NCBI GenBank assembly: GCA_973895155.1
Contig: CCZZQB010000055.1
Span: 1-64,000, forward strand
Origin: Marsupella aquatica
Lineage: Eukaryota; Plantae; Marchantiophyta
Length of the DNA: 64,000 bases
Direction: 5' to 3'
Position numbers and translations under genes: made by a program. The notes below the pieces were generated by a model. The model saw nothing but the letters and a program-made list of their open reading frames with translations. It searched no databases and had not been told where the DNA came from. Shown one piece after another: positions 18,467-29,897 of the stretch (the stretch's first letter is position 1; each line of letters starts with the position of its first letter).

Positions 18467-21400
18467 TCAGTCTGAAAAAAGAGATCCGTATTCATCAATA
18501 ATGTCAACACCCAGCTCCTCTTGGATTTCAAAATTGACATCTGAAGTACTTTGTTCTACCCAATAAGGTGACGTCCAAACAGGAGTTATCAATCCCAATT
18601 CTCCTCTCTTATACTCCTTCCTGTTAAGAATCGATGGAGCAGCATCCAATGAAACTTCTTGGCCTCTATTTGGCCCACTTTTCCACACATAACATCGTGC
18701 ATCACGTTCAAGTGACCTCCATCCGGTTGATCCAACTCTATTCCCTTTTTTCTTTGAGAGAGGAAGGACAACTGGACTTCCCGAGTGTGAACGAACAAAA
18801 ACCAATTTGTCATCAGAAGCTGAAAAGAGTGTGTCAGGACAAATTGAAGCACCTGCCTGGTTGTCAACAGTCGCTGATGCACGGGCTTCTGGGGTCATGG
18901 GAATCTCACGTACTTCGACAGCCGTCCCGGGAATCAAATTTTGGGTGTCAGCTTCATTCGAATTGACCTGTCTGTCTCCACCGTCCGCGACCAAATTGGT
19001 TGACGAACAATTTTCAAATGTATCAATGTCAATCGGATCATCAATTCCGTCCATTTCTCGTTGCACCACATTTGGATTGAGACCATCCTTGTCCAAGTTG
19101 TCATCAACCTCAACTTCATAGGGTTCCAAAGGGACGTCATCTGCACGTGATGAAGGGCGTGGTGCAAGACCAACGTTATCATCAACATCGTAGGGTTCTA
19201 TGCTTTCACTTTGACCTACACGGTCATCCAAATTCTTTGCATACGCCACCTCTGATGCCCCATCATCTTTGACTGACTTAGCGCCCACTTCTTTGGAATT
19301 ATCAGCTGATTCATGTTCGGTAGAAACATCCGCAATAGTGGGTTTCCAATGCCTAGAACTCCCACCACGAGGATCCCAATTTTCCTTGATTGAGGGGACC
19401 CTCTCGCAAAGGAATGAAGCATACGCTTCCACAAAGTGTCTCTCATCTTGAGAGTCACAATAAACAAAGCATTCGCGTTGCACCAAGAATGCTGTCTTCA
19501 TCACTTGACCACCCGAGAAAAAATCAAGAATCAAGTCTCCAGCTTCTGACAAGGATTCAATAATCCTCTGTATCATCCGCGTGGGTTTGGCATGTGGATT
19601 CACCCAACCACCACGAGCACCAACTATCTCAAATCGAGGGGCCATGTGCAAAACCTTGGTCGCCTCTTCTGGGGTCAGCATCATTTTTAGATCTTCGGGT
19701 TTTGACACGTCGTCTATGTCAACCTTTGCCTTCCCAGTGTCAATCTTGGTGACCTCAAAATCAGTATCTTTTGAACCAAAAAAGAATTTTGGCTTTGGGT
19801 GATTGGGTTTGAAAACATCATTCCAATTCACATTTTCATCTCGAGAAATTCCTGCAAATATAACTTCTTCAATTCCGCCTCCCCAACACGAATCAAGCGG
19901 GTGCGGTTGATCCTCTCGAGAATAACTCCCATACTCAATGTGAATGGTGAGAGATTTCTCTTGTCCCAATTTTCGAAGTGAGCTTAGGACATTCATTGCA
20001 AGAGGCCCCGGATGAACAGTTATGGCTACAACGATTGTAAGATTTTGTGGTAGCTCCACAATGTATTGCAGAAAGACCAAAACTTCTGCTTCCGTCCACA
20101 GCTTCTGGTGATCTCGACTGAAGTCAACAATGGCAAGTGAGCACGTTGGAGATGATTCTTCTATTGCTGGTGGATCAACTGTTTTCATTAGATTGTCACT
20201 AAAGAACGTGACCCACGGTTGGCTCCGAGAATGTGTCCCTCCGCCAAACTTCTGGCAATAAATATCATCAAGGCGCATCACCAGAGCTATTGGCAAGATT
20301 GCACTCTCCCTGGTATGATTTGGCTTCAACAGATTTGACAAAAAAACTTCACCAGCCGCTCTTCTGCATCTACTGAATTCTGCGTCAACACTCAACAATG
20401 GCAGAACCTCTACAACTTTCTTCCAATCGGTATCCGAAGGGAAATTCCTTGGATCCTTGCCGAAGTAGTACTCCTCAATGAGAGACTTGAGCTTCCTCAC
20501 TTTTTTCACATCCTTCGCAAGCTCCTCTATTGAGGGTATGTCAGATTTATTTGTGGCATCTTTCTTCAGCAATGCCTTTCCTGACTTCACTTGTGTCAGG
20601 ATTTTTGTGATGTCTTTCTGTGAGATCAACTCACCATCAAAGGGACGAAACATGGCAACGGTAATTGCTTTTTCGGACTTGTTATTTCCTTCCATCCCAG
20701 CTCCATCAGGAAGTTTCCCATGCAACCACATCTCACAGACTAACCGCCACAACTCAAAAAGATCGTTGTCCACAAAAAGTAGCCAGTATACATTTCGCAA
20801 GTCCTTCCTGCCCATAGTCATTCTTGCCAGAGCCAACCAATCCTACAATCCAAAAGGAAAGCTAGTCAGTTATCCCCAACGCAAGGGTTGGAAAAAAAGG
20901 ATTCTAATGTGTGATAATAGTATTGGATTCGGATGGTCTCAATCAAAAAGAAAACTCGTACTAAACATTCCAAAAGTTCCAATACTCTTTGACAAATCGT
21001 GTCGGACTGAGACCATCCGAATCCAAAATAGAATTACTCTCTATGGTAGAGAAATGCATACAAAGTAATCACATTTCTTACCTGAAATTTTTGGTTGTCT
21101 TGAGCATTTGTTTTGTTGTCGCCATGTTTTGGTTTGTCTGGATTTCCATATTCAACAAACTGCCGCCTCGCATGGACAACTGTATCTTTAAAGCAAGATT
21201 GAAACACCATCGTGCTATTGATGGCGTTTGATCTCATGGAGTGCTCAACAAGAATTGAAGACGGTGTGCGATCAGACAATATTCTGGATTTCCTGAATTC
21301 TAACTTCTTGGCCAACTGGGTGAGCTTGGCATCCTTCGTTGCCCAATCACGAATCCATCTCGCAGCTCTCGCAGAGTGCTGACCACTAACGGCTAGAAAT

Positions 21401-23621
21401 TGGACCTCGCCCTTTTTCACTCCGGCCAAAAAATCCTTCCGGTCCGACTCCGTATTCTCAAAGTGGAGTACCTTTCTTTGCTCGACGTTAAAAGGAATCA
21501 AATCAGCGACATGTGGCTCATGCCCAGGTGTTTTGATCATGGAATCAGCAATGTCTTGCACATGATCAAAATTCATCATCCGATAGCATAGTCTCGCTGG
21601 TGCGGCAAAAATACTTTCAACTGGGATCAGAAAAATTTCGTTTATCCCAAAAGTATAGTACTGCTCCATTTGTTGAAGAACTTCATTCCCTTCTAAGACG
21701 TCTTTCTCCTCTGGAGCATGTGGCCTATCACTCTCATCTTCAGCATGTAATGAAAAATCTATAGGAGTTGAATTCACAACTCCGGTGTCGGTTTTTTGTT
21801 TCTTCTTCTCCCTCGACTTCTTCTCGGCTGGAAGCTTCTTCTTCTCGGCTGGAAGCTTCTTCTTCTCGGCTGGAGCCGTGATCTTCTTCTCAACTGAAGT
21901 AGGTTTCTCAACCAGAAGCTTCTTCTCCCTCTGCTTTCGCTTCCCTGCCGCTCTATCCATGGTTGTTGTTGCAGTAGTTTGTGCTGTCTCCGTCGTAGTT
22001 GCTGGAGTTCCTTTGGCTGGCGTAGACTCAATTATTTTCTGTGGTTGTGTACTTTTCCTCAACTTCACCAAAGACTCTACCCATAGATTTGCTTTTTCCA
22101 GGTCAAGCGTGTGTGCAAAGGCTAGTGCCTTGGCGATCCAAACATTTGAGTCTGGTGACACCAGACCTGCTTTCTCAAGCAAATTGTTAAGAGTCCATGT
22201 GGATGGAAGAGAGAACTTTGATGGGTTGTTTACAATGTTGAGTTTCAAATAAAGAAACCCATAAAAAATGTCCAAAGGAAGCATTCCCTTCAGTCCTCCA
22301 ATAATCTTCTCCTTTGTGTAGGATTTTGGAAAGAATCCCATCGACAACACACTTAATTCCCCACTTGCATACCATTCCACATTGAACTCGGCCGAGAAAG
22401 CCTTTGTGGGGAGCTGCAACTTTGCCCACCTCATCGTGTCCGACACCTCTACAATGATAGAATTCATTCCTCTTCCTATCATTCCCACAGAGACCACGGG
22501 TCCGATGACCAATGTTTGGTTGTTGCCTGTCCTGATCTTGACACATAACACTGGATCCTGAATGTTAAATGAATTCAGGCGGAAGTTAACTCGCGAGAAC
22601 TCAAGTCCCCACCGAAATCCTGGATCGCGGTCCTCCAAAATGAGCCCATCGTCGCAGTCTGCCTCTGAAATGGCGAGAGTTGTATTCACCAGATCACTCT
22701 CTGCATTGGAGAGTGAAAATTCATATTAGACTTCAAATCCATGAAATTTGTTTTAAGAAATCACTGTCAAAGTGAGATTGAAGGCTCTTGGATTCGGACC
22801 ATCCGAATCCAATACAAGAAGCCCACTTGGATTCAGATGGTCCGAATCCAAACAACCCTCTTAGATTCGGACCATCTGAATCCAATCAAGCCACTTGGAT
22901 TTGGACCATCCAAATCCAAACAACCCACTTGGATTCGGATGGTCCGAATCCAAACAACCCTCTTGGATTCAGACCATCCGAATCCAATCAAGCCACTTGG
23001 ATTCGGACCATCCAAATCCAAACAACCCACTTGGATTCGGATGGTCCGAATCCAAACAACCCTCTTGGATTTGGATGGTCCGAATTTAAACAACCCTCTT
23101 AGATTCAGACCATCCGAATCCAAACAACCGACTTGGATTCGGATGGTCCGAATCCAAACAACGCTCTTGGATTTGGACCATCCAAATCCAAACAACCCAC
23201 TTGGATTCGGATGGTCCGAGGTTGTTTGGATTCGGATGGTCCGAATCCAAACAACGCTCTTGGATTTGGACCATCCAAATCCAAACAACCCACTTGGATT
23301 CGGATGGTCCGAATCCAAACAACCCTCTTGGATTTGGATGGTCCGAATTTAAACAACCCTCTTAGATTCAGACCATCCGAATCCAAACAACCCACTTGGA
23401 TTCGGATGGTCCGAATCCAAACAACGCTCTTGGATTCGGACCATCCGAATCCAACAACTTAAGATGCATGAATAAACCTCCGGGAACTTACTTTGGACTT
23501 GAGATTGAAATTCTTGGGAATCCCTAAGCGCTAGGGCCACAAGATCACCGACAGAGGAGAGATCCAAGTCATCAGATTCTTCGGCGAGTAGGACGATGAC
23601 GGTTTTCTTGGAAACTTCCAT
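18467..23621 (-). CDS. Three-exon gene (~1374 aa): ParB/Srx-like domain plus degenerate beta-class N6-adenine/N4-cytosine DNA methyltransferase-like domain
   Basis: Exons 23621-23492, 22700-21082 and 20842-18467 join in frame with GTAAGT..TGCAG and GTAAG..TGTAG introns. ParB-like: IPVESI..R..N.DHV..IA.SM..FLAVSGQHSARA. MTase-like: NPHAKPTRMIQRIIESLSEAGDLILDFFSGG..AFLVQRECF. Confidence 0.72.
22788..23454. repeat. Palindrome array 1: ~20 units of TTGGATTCGGA-(CCA/TGG)-TCCGAATCCAA with ~9-bp spacers
   Basis: Units about every 34 bp in mixed orientation. Lies inside predicted intron 1 (23491-22701) of the ParB-MTase gene. Confidence 0.92.
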
Positions 23622-23633
23622 TTTTAGGAGTGA

Positions 23634-23639
23634 CACGTG
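23634..23639. promoter_or_regulatory. G-box/ABRE-like CACGTG next to the start of the ParB-MTase gene
   Basis: TGACACGTGGC at 23631-23641, in the region between two divergent genes. Function not established. Confidence 0.25.
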
Positions 23640-23744
23640 GCAGGATATACTGAGGACACGTCAAGATGGGCAAGATCTAGGGCGTTGCAGCAGATTAGGG
23701 CAAGAAGGCAATTAGGGCAAGGGCAAGGGATATCAGCGGCAGCC

Positions 23745-23968
23745 AGCCAAGAGCGAGAGCGAGGAGCGAGAATGAGGAGCTAGAGCGAGAGCGAGGAGCG
23801 AGAGGGAGGAGCGAGAGTGAGGAGCGACAGAGAGAAAACAACAATGAGGTCTGTGGAAGACCTCATCCTCCCTTTACCCCCTCCTGAAAGGCTTGTTTGC
23901 GTACGGATGATCGCTGCACGGATCATCTCTGTACGGATCATCTCTGTACGGATCATCTCTGTACGGAT
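23745..23968. repeat. GAGC/GA-rich microrepeats and 4 tandem 15-mers (CGGATCATCTCTGTA) in the putative bidirectional promoter
   Basis: GAGCGAGAGCGAGGAGCGAG repeats at 23745-23830. 15-bp units at 23904 (degenerate), 23919, 23934 and 23949. Confidence 0.75.
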
Positions 23969-24552
23969 AGAGACCAAGAAGGGATCTGGTCCTATCAGTT
24001 TGGGTGGGACGCTAGCTGTATTGTCTGACACAATGGATTGAAAAAGGATTGGATGATTGTTCTAACCGCGATACTCGGTGTTGCCTCAACCTTATCGGAT
24101 CGCACATTCAGGGCCGAACATACCAACCCACGAGTATAAGAGGTACTCTACGGACATCATTGTTGTTTTAGTTTCATATCTTCACTTGGGCATCCAGGTC
24201 TGCGCAACTCCTCCTCAGCTCTTCTCTCTGATGGAGTTTAGACTTGAAGTGGCTTTGATAGCTTTCTTAGTCAGATTGATATGAACTTATTCATCAATTT
24301 AGAGGTAGCAGAGCCAACCTTGGAGACATACTGGAAAAACAAGACTGCTGAGGTGAGTTATGGTCTTAGTCGCTTTGCTTATTTTGAGTTCTTAGGGAAG
24401 AGAGACGAACCCTTTCACTTTGTTCTGCATTCTAGTGACTTCCCAATTATTATTTCACGAATTACCCAATGTTCCGAAAAACCCGGAATGTCTAAATTTG
24501 ATTAGGAAGAGATCTCAATCTCAATATATCCATCTCAACATAATCTTCATTG

Positions 24553-25745
24553 TGGAGTTAGACCATTTGAATCCAGACTTGATGTGTGGATTATAATGGT
24601 CCTAATCCTAGATTGTTGTTTGGATTCGGATGATCCAAATCCAATCCATTTCTAGGATTGGGACCATCTGATCAGATTCCAATCTTGGTTTGGATTCGGA
24701 TGGTCCGAATCCAAGAGGGTGTGTTGGTCCGAATCCAACCGTGCAATGCTTAAATTGTGACCTTTGGGATCCAATCTCGGTTTGGATTCGGACCATCCCA
24801 ATCCAAGCGAGATGGTAAATACAGTCTGGTTTTTGATTTGGATGGTCCGAATCCAAGAGGGTGTGTTGGATTCAGACCATCCGAATCCAAGCGTGCAATG
24901 CTTAAATTGTGGCCTTTGGGATCCAATCTCGGTTTGGATTCGGACCATCCCAATCCAAGCAAGATGGTTGAATTTGGGCGTTTTAAATACAGTCTGGTTT
25001 TGGATTCGGATGGTCCTAATCCAAGAGGGTGTGTTGGATTCGGACCATCCGAATCCAAGCGTGCAATGCTTAAATTGTGACCTTTGGGATCCAATCTCAG
25101 TTTGGATTCGGACCATCCCAATCCAAGCGAGATGGTTGAATTTGGGCGTTTTAAATACAGTCTGGTTTTGGATTCAGATGGTCCGAATCCAAGAGGGTGT
25201 GTTGGATTCGGACCATCCGAATCCAAGCGTGCAATGCTTAAATTGTGACCTTTGGGATCCAATCTCAGTTTGGATTCGGACCATCCCAATCCAAGCGAGA
25301 TGGTTGAATTTGGGCGTTTGAAATACAGTCTGGTTTTGGATTCGGACCATCCCAATCCAAGCCGGTTTGTTGAATTGGGACCTTCGGGATAGAATCTGTG
25401 TTTGGATTCGGACCATCCGAATCCAAGATGGTGGGTTGGATTCGGACCTTTGAAATACAATCTGGTTTTGGATTCGGACCATCCGAATCCAAGCCCGGTG
25501 CTCAAATTGGGACCTTTGAAATAAAATCTGGGTTTGGATTCGGACCATCCCAATCCAAGCGCGTTTGTTGAATTGGGACCTTTGGGATCCCATCTGGGTT
25601 TGGATTCGGACCATCCAAATCCAAGAGGGTGTGTTGGATAGAGGTTGGTTTGGATTCGGACGATCCCAATTCAAGCGAGATGCTTAAATTTGACCTTCGG
25701 AATAAAATCTTCATGGTTTTGATTTGGACCACCGGCCCCAATCCA
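24553..25745. repeat. Palindrome array 2: about two dozen units of the same 25-bp palindrome with a 168-bp higher-order repeat
   Basis: The landmark GCGTGCAATGCTTAAATTG recurs at 24891, 25059 and 25227. The array lies between a GTGAGT donor (24353) and a TGTGCAG acceptor (25869). Confidence 0.9.
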
Positions 25746-25861
25746 AGCGTGATAGTTGAGCCAATGTTTGGATTCTCGGAATGGCAATCAAATGACCGTA
25801 TGGATAATTGTGAGTCTCTTCAAATTCTTGTCATTCGGATTTGTGATGGTTTTTCTGAAAA

Positions 25862-28800
25862 TTGTGCAGGTTACTAAATCCGAGAATGACTGGAAGGTTT
25901 TCAAGAGGTGATGATGTGACCTTGACAATTGATGGATATGATGTCGGTTGTGGGACAGTTCAGAAAATTAACCCCCAGGATAGGGTGCACAACATATTGT
26001 TGGGGGATAATCGAATTGGTGTGCTCGTGGAGAAGGTTTTCGAGCCAACTCGAAAACTACCATTTCCACTACCAAGGGTAGAAAATCTTTTTGATGCCAT
26101 TGACTCATGTGTTATTTGGGAGATCTCGTGCGCGTATCTCTCTATAACTCTAGATTCCCAAAAACGCATCAGTACTGGTAGTTGTTCAACTCGACCAGAT
26201 AATAACTTGGATAAATCTCCTACAATTGTTATGGAGGATGCATCAAACACTCTAAGGCAAGGGGACGAGGTTGAAATGCTCATTGATGGGTGTTGTGTAG
26301 CCCTTGGAGTTATTTTCAAGGTAAATCCAAAGGACCGATGTCACAACATATTACTTGGTGAGTCTCGGATCAGTGTGAAAATCACTGATGTTATTCATGG
26401 TAGTAAGGCTTTACCTTACATACACAATGGGGCTGAAACAATTGAAGAGGCAAAAGACTCATGGGTTCTCTGGGACTTGGCCGATGTTCATAAAAAAGGT
26501 TGGAATGTTGATGAAGGTAGAAAGTCTTCCTCTAAGAAGCAAGGTGATGGCGACGTTTTAATTGAGGAGAGTTTTGTCTCACATTCTCCATCAACAAAAT
26601 CGACCAAAACTCATTCTGATTATTACCAACGGTCCAATTGGATGTCAGAGTTGGTCGAATTATACATTGGTTCAGGACGATCGAGTAAGGTTGCCACTGG
26701 GACTATCACTGTGCCTCAAGCAACGGCGGCTGTTGATGATGAAATCCTGGGAGAAGACTATGTAGGGGTTGCTGTGAAAGATGTCATGGAATCGCAATAC
26801 TTTCCAAGCATTCACAAGGGAGTAATTAGTTTGGTTCGATGGCGAATTGATCACACAAAACTAGTAGCAACTGGAAAATTTTTGTCAGACATTCTGGTAG
26901 AAGGTACAGAGAATATGGAGTCAATGGATAGGGATGATCTGAATCCGGATCATGTGGTTGGATCCGCATCCGGATGTCGTCAAAGGCCATATAACTTCAA
27001 CAAGAGGAATCAAGTTGATCCTGTTGAGAAGAAAAGGAGGCTCTTGCAAACCAAGGCAGTTTCAAAAACAACAGAAGCCGCAATTGATGAGATCAAAAGA
27101 GTAAATTGCTGCAAGCATAAATGTTGTCTCATTATGCCAAGGGAAGATATAGAAGATGTTAGGATGGAATTTCACGGGATGTCTAGCGAGTCCAAAACAT
27201 CACACATTTTCAACCTCTTCCACTACAGAGAGGATGATGTTCGTGATAAGGGACACCATGTTCTCAAAGGTATGGTCATCTGTAAAGATGCATTTGCAAC
27301 CATCCATGGTTTTAGTCACACCAAGTATTATGATTACAAGAGAAGATACATGGAGGGTTGCAAAATTGGGTTCCATGGGAACACAGGCTTGAAGAAAACA
27401 AGGTCAAATACCTTGCATGTGCGAGCTCTTCTAGAGGCATTTCTGACTCAAAATGCAGAGCCAATGCCTCATATGCCTTATGGAGGGGCTCATGGGACAA
27501 ACAGCATTGAGTATCGACTTCCAGCGTGTTACAAAAAGTTAGAGATTTTGGAAGATGTGAGAACAAAGATGAAGGAAGAAGGGCTTCCTCCTGTTACGGA
27601 TAACACTCTCTACAAGATATGGAGCACATCATTTGCAAACTTCAGTTTTCACAAGGATGGCGCATTTGCCAAGTGTACGCTTTGTTGTGAATACAAAGAC
27701 AGTTTGATGCGAGAGAGAAGGAAAAAAGAACGTGCTGAAATTGAAGAAAAAAGAGCTCAACATCTTCGTGAGCAAATGTCACGTAGATATGTTTACTACG
27801 CTCATCGAGTGATGGCCAAGCAACATCCAAGAGAATATCTTTGCATTATTCATGACAAGATGGATCAAGCAAAGACATGGATTCCAAAAATGGTTAGTAC
27901 TCCTAAATCACTTTCGGGTCATGGAATGCCGCTACCTATCGCTCTCACGGGGATGTTGACCCACGGGAGAGATCCAGGAGTATATGCACACTTTAGTGTC
28001 ACTGGCCTTTGGCCAGGAGATGCAGATTTCACAGTGACATCCTTGGCTAAGTGTCTTCGAGATCTTGAAGAGTACAATGGAGACAAGACAGGTGACATGC
28101 TTGATGGCTTGCATTGGGAACCTCACAGACCTTTCTTTCAAGCCCTACTTGACTTTGATGCATTTTTGTCAGGATATTTGGAACCAAAGAATATTCAAGT
28201 AAATAGGTATATTGGTTCTGAAGATGGAGCTGCCGACAGTCAGACTGAGACCATCCCAACCCGACAGGATGAGGATGATGGAGGGGACGTGGGTGGTGAG
28301 AAGGGCAGTCCGTTGTTCATGCCCTTGCCAAGGCACCTAACATTGCAAATGGATAATTCAGCAAAGGACAACAAAAACCAAACGGTCATGGCATTTTGCT
28401 CGGAGCTTGTGAGTAGAGGAATATTTGAAACTGTTCAAATGTCCTTTCTAATGGTTGGTCATACGCACGAAGATGTTGATGCACTATTTTCCAAGGTATC
28501 ATATCAAGTTCAGCACAAGGAAGTTGCAACCCTTCTTGCACTAATGGCAGAGGTTTGGGAATGTGAGAGCATTCATCCAGTTCCAAGATTGATACAAGAA
28601 GTTGCATCTTACAAAGAATATCTTCAAAGTTTTAAGGTCAAAGATATTCAAGGTCACTCAAAACCGGTATCATTTCTTTTCTCTATGAGAGATAATGTAC
28701 CAATATTTCAGTATAAGTCCCATGTTAAGCAAGCTTGGGCTCCCGTTGGCGGAAGGTGCATTTGGGCAACTGATCCAATAACAAATTCTCTTCTTTTACC

Positions 28801-29677
28801 CAGTGGACAACCCTTAGCTAAATCCATAGGAGAGATACACAAAAAATCAGAAGAGATAATCCCATTCCTTAACAAGTACCTTGATTTTTTGAGAAGGAGT
28901 TGCATTGATGAGACGTCAATAGCATACAAGGAAAGATTTCCTCTTGTTAAATATTGGGAAAGAATTGTGGAGCTGTTGTCAAATGGGCTTGCAATGGAAG
29001 GGGAGGGAAATAATCAATTTCCATTGAAAAATGGATTTTGGCCTAAGACTAACCACAGCACTGGTTACAAGGTCAACCAATCGGCATGCGAACAGAGTGG
29101 TCCTCTAAGTGAAGATGAGGAGAATGCAGAGATGACAGCTCTTCAAAATGAAGTCTTGGAAGAGATGGAAGATCAAGCAGCACCATTTGTTGGATCTCGA
29201 GCTGAGAGAGAACAAGGACAGTGGATTCCCCTCCAGGATATTTGTGAAGGAAACTTTGTGTTTCTTCGACCCGAGGATGATTGGGAGAAGAAAAATGGTG
29301 GAGGTCATTTCTGGTTGGTGAGAGCTTTGGGTCAGGTGGACCCTAAGCATGAAGTCCCAATTGCATCTTCAAGAGACCCTCCTTTGACTCAACAATATGC
29401 TCCAATGTTCCCCATGGAATGGTGGAGGCCTAAACACTCTAAACTTGATGTGAGTGAGAGTGCTAGGTATCTCAATTGTTTCATGTCCACCAAGACATGG
29501 GAACGAGATCCAGGATTTGGTGAGAACACTCAACATTGGCAGTATGCAAATTCTGCAATGTATGGTTTTAAATCTGGAATGAAGGAAGAAAACATGGTTG
29601 GCAGAGGTTTGAAGATTCCTCGAAATGTTCTACAAACTGTCCAAAGTTATCTCCAAAGGATGGACAAGTACACTTAG
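25862..29677 (+). CDS. Sola-like DDD transposase (~1260 aa) with three N-terminal Tnp1/En/Spm-like repeats
   Basis: FAKCTLC..H..R..Y, IHDKMDQ, LQMDNSAKDNKN, FLMVGHTHEDVD. First ATG at 25887; the ORF-track start is preceded by a likely splice acceptor. No internal stops. Confidence 0.85.
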   Translation: MCRLLNPRMTGRFSRGDDVTLTIDGYDVGCGTVQKINPQDRVHNILLGDNRIGVLVEKVFEPTRKLPFPLPRVENLFDAIDSCVIWEISCAYLSITLDSQKRISTGSCSTRPDNNLDKSPTIVMEDASNTLRQGDEVEMLIDGCCVALGVIFKVNPKDRCHNILLGESRISVKITDVIHGSKALPYIHNGAETIEEAKDSWVLWDLADVHKKGWNVDEGRKSSSKKQGDGDVLIEESFVSHSPSTKSTKTHSDYYQRSNWMSELVELYIGSGRSSKVATGTITVPQATAAVDDEILGEDYVGVAVKDVMESQYFPSIHKGVISLVRWRIDHTKLVATGKFLSDILVEGTENMESMDRDDLNPDHVVGSASGCRQRPYNFNKRNQVDPVEKKRRLLQTKAVSKTTEAAIDEIKRVNCCKHKCCLIMPREDIEDVRMEFHGMSSESKTSHIFNLFHYREDDVRDKGHHVLKGMVICKDAFATIHGFSHTKYYDYKRRYMEGCKIGFHGNTGLKKTRSNTLHVRALLEAFLTQNAEPMPHMPYGGAHGTNSIEYRLPACYKKLEILEDVRTKMKEEGLPPVTDNTLYKIWSTSFANFSFHKDGAFAKCTLCCEYKDSLMRERRKKERAEIEEKRAQHLREQMSRRYVYYAHRVMAKQHPREYLCIIHDKMDQAKTWIPKMVSTPKSLSGHGMPLPIALTGMLTHGRDPGVYAHFSVTGLWPGDADFTVTSLAKCLRDLEEYNGDKTGDMLDGLHWEPHRPFFQALLDFDAFLSGYLEPKNIQVNRYIGSEDGAADSQTETIPTRQDEDDGGDVGGEKGSPLFMPLPRHLTLQMDNSAKDNKNQTVMAFCSELVSRGIFETVQMSFLMVGHTHEDVDALFSKVSYQVQHKEVATLLALMAEVWECESIHPVPRLIQEVASYKEYLQSFKVKDIQGHSKPVSFLFSMRDNVPIFQYKSHVKQAWAPVGGRCIWATDPITNSLLLPSGQPLAKSIGEIHKKSEEIIPFLNKYLDFLRRSCIDETSIAYKERFPLVKYWERIVELLSNGLAMEGEGNNQFPLKNGFWPKTNHSTGYKVNQSACEQSGPLSEDEENAEMTALQNEVLEEMEDQAAPFVGSRAEREQGQWIPLQDICEGNFVFLRPEDDWEKKNGGGHFWLVRALGQVDPKHEVPIASSRDPPLTQQYAPMFPMEWWRPKHSKLDVSESARYLNCFMSTKTWERDPGFGENTQHWQYANSAMYGFKSGMKEENMVGRGLKIPRNVLQTVQSYLQRMDKYT

Positions 29678-29897
29678 TTGTCACTAGCTAAGATATAATT
29701 AGATAGTTACTAGTTTTTATGTAAGAGTTATATATATTGTGAGACCATGCCATTGAGTGTTTAGTTACTTAGTAGACTATCTACTCATTTTCTAAACTTT
29801 TGATTATTATGAATATGAATGTTTATTTTTTCTGCATAATTAAAAATATTTTTTATTAATTTCTTTATTTTAAATGATTACAATAAAAGTTTTCAGG

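Noticed and set aside
22741-25741. Many ORFs across the palindrome arrays (e.g. 22741..23352, 24750..25553)
   Set aside because: They are periodic translations of the repeat, open in several frames on both strands, and fall in predicted introns.
22788-25745. CRISPR array (palindromic repeat plus spacer pattern)
   Set aside because: Spacers are short or themselves repeated, units flip orientation, no cas genes are present, and the context is eukaryotic and intronic.
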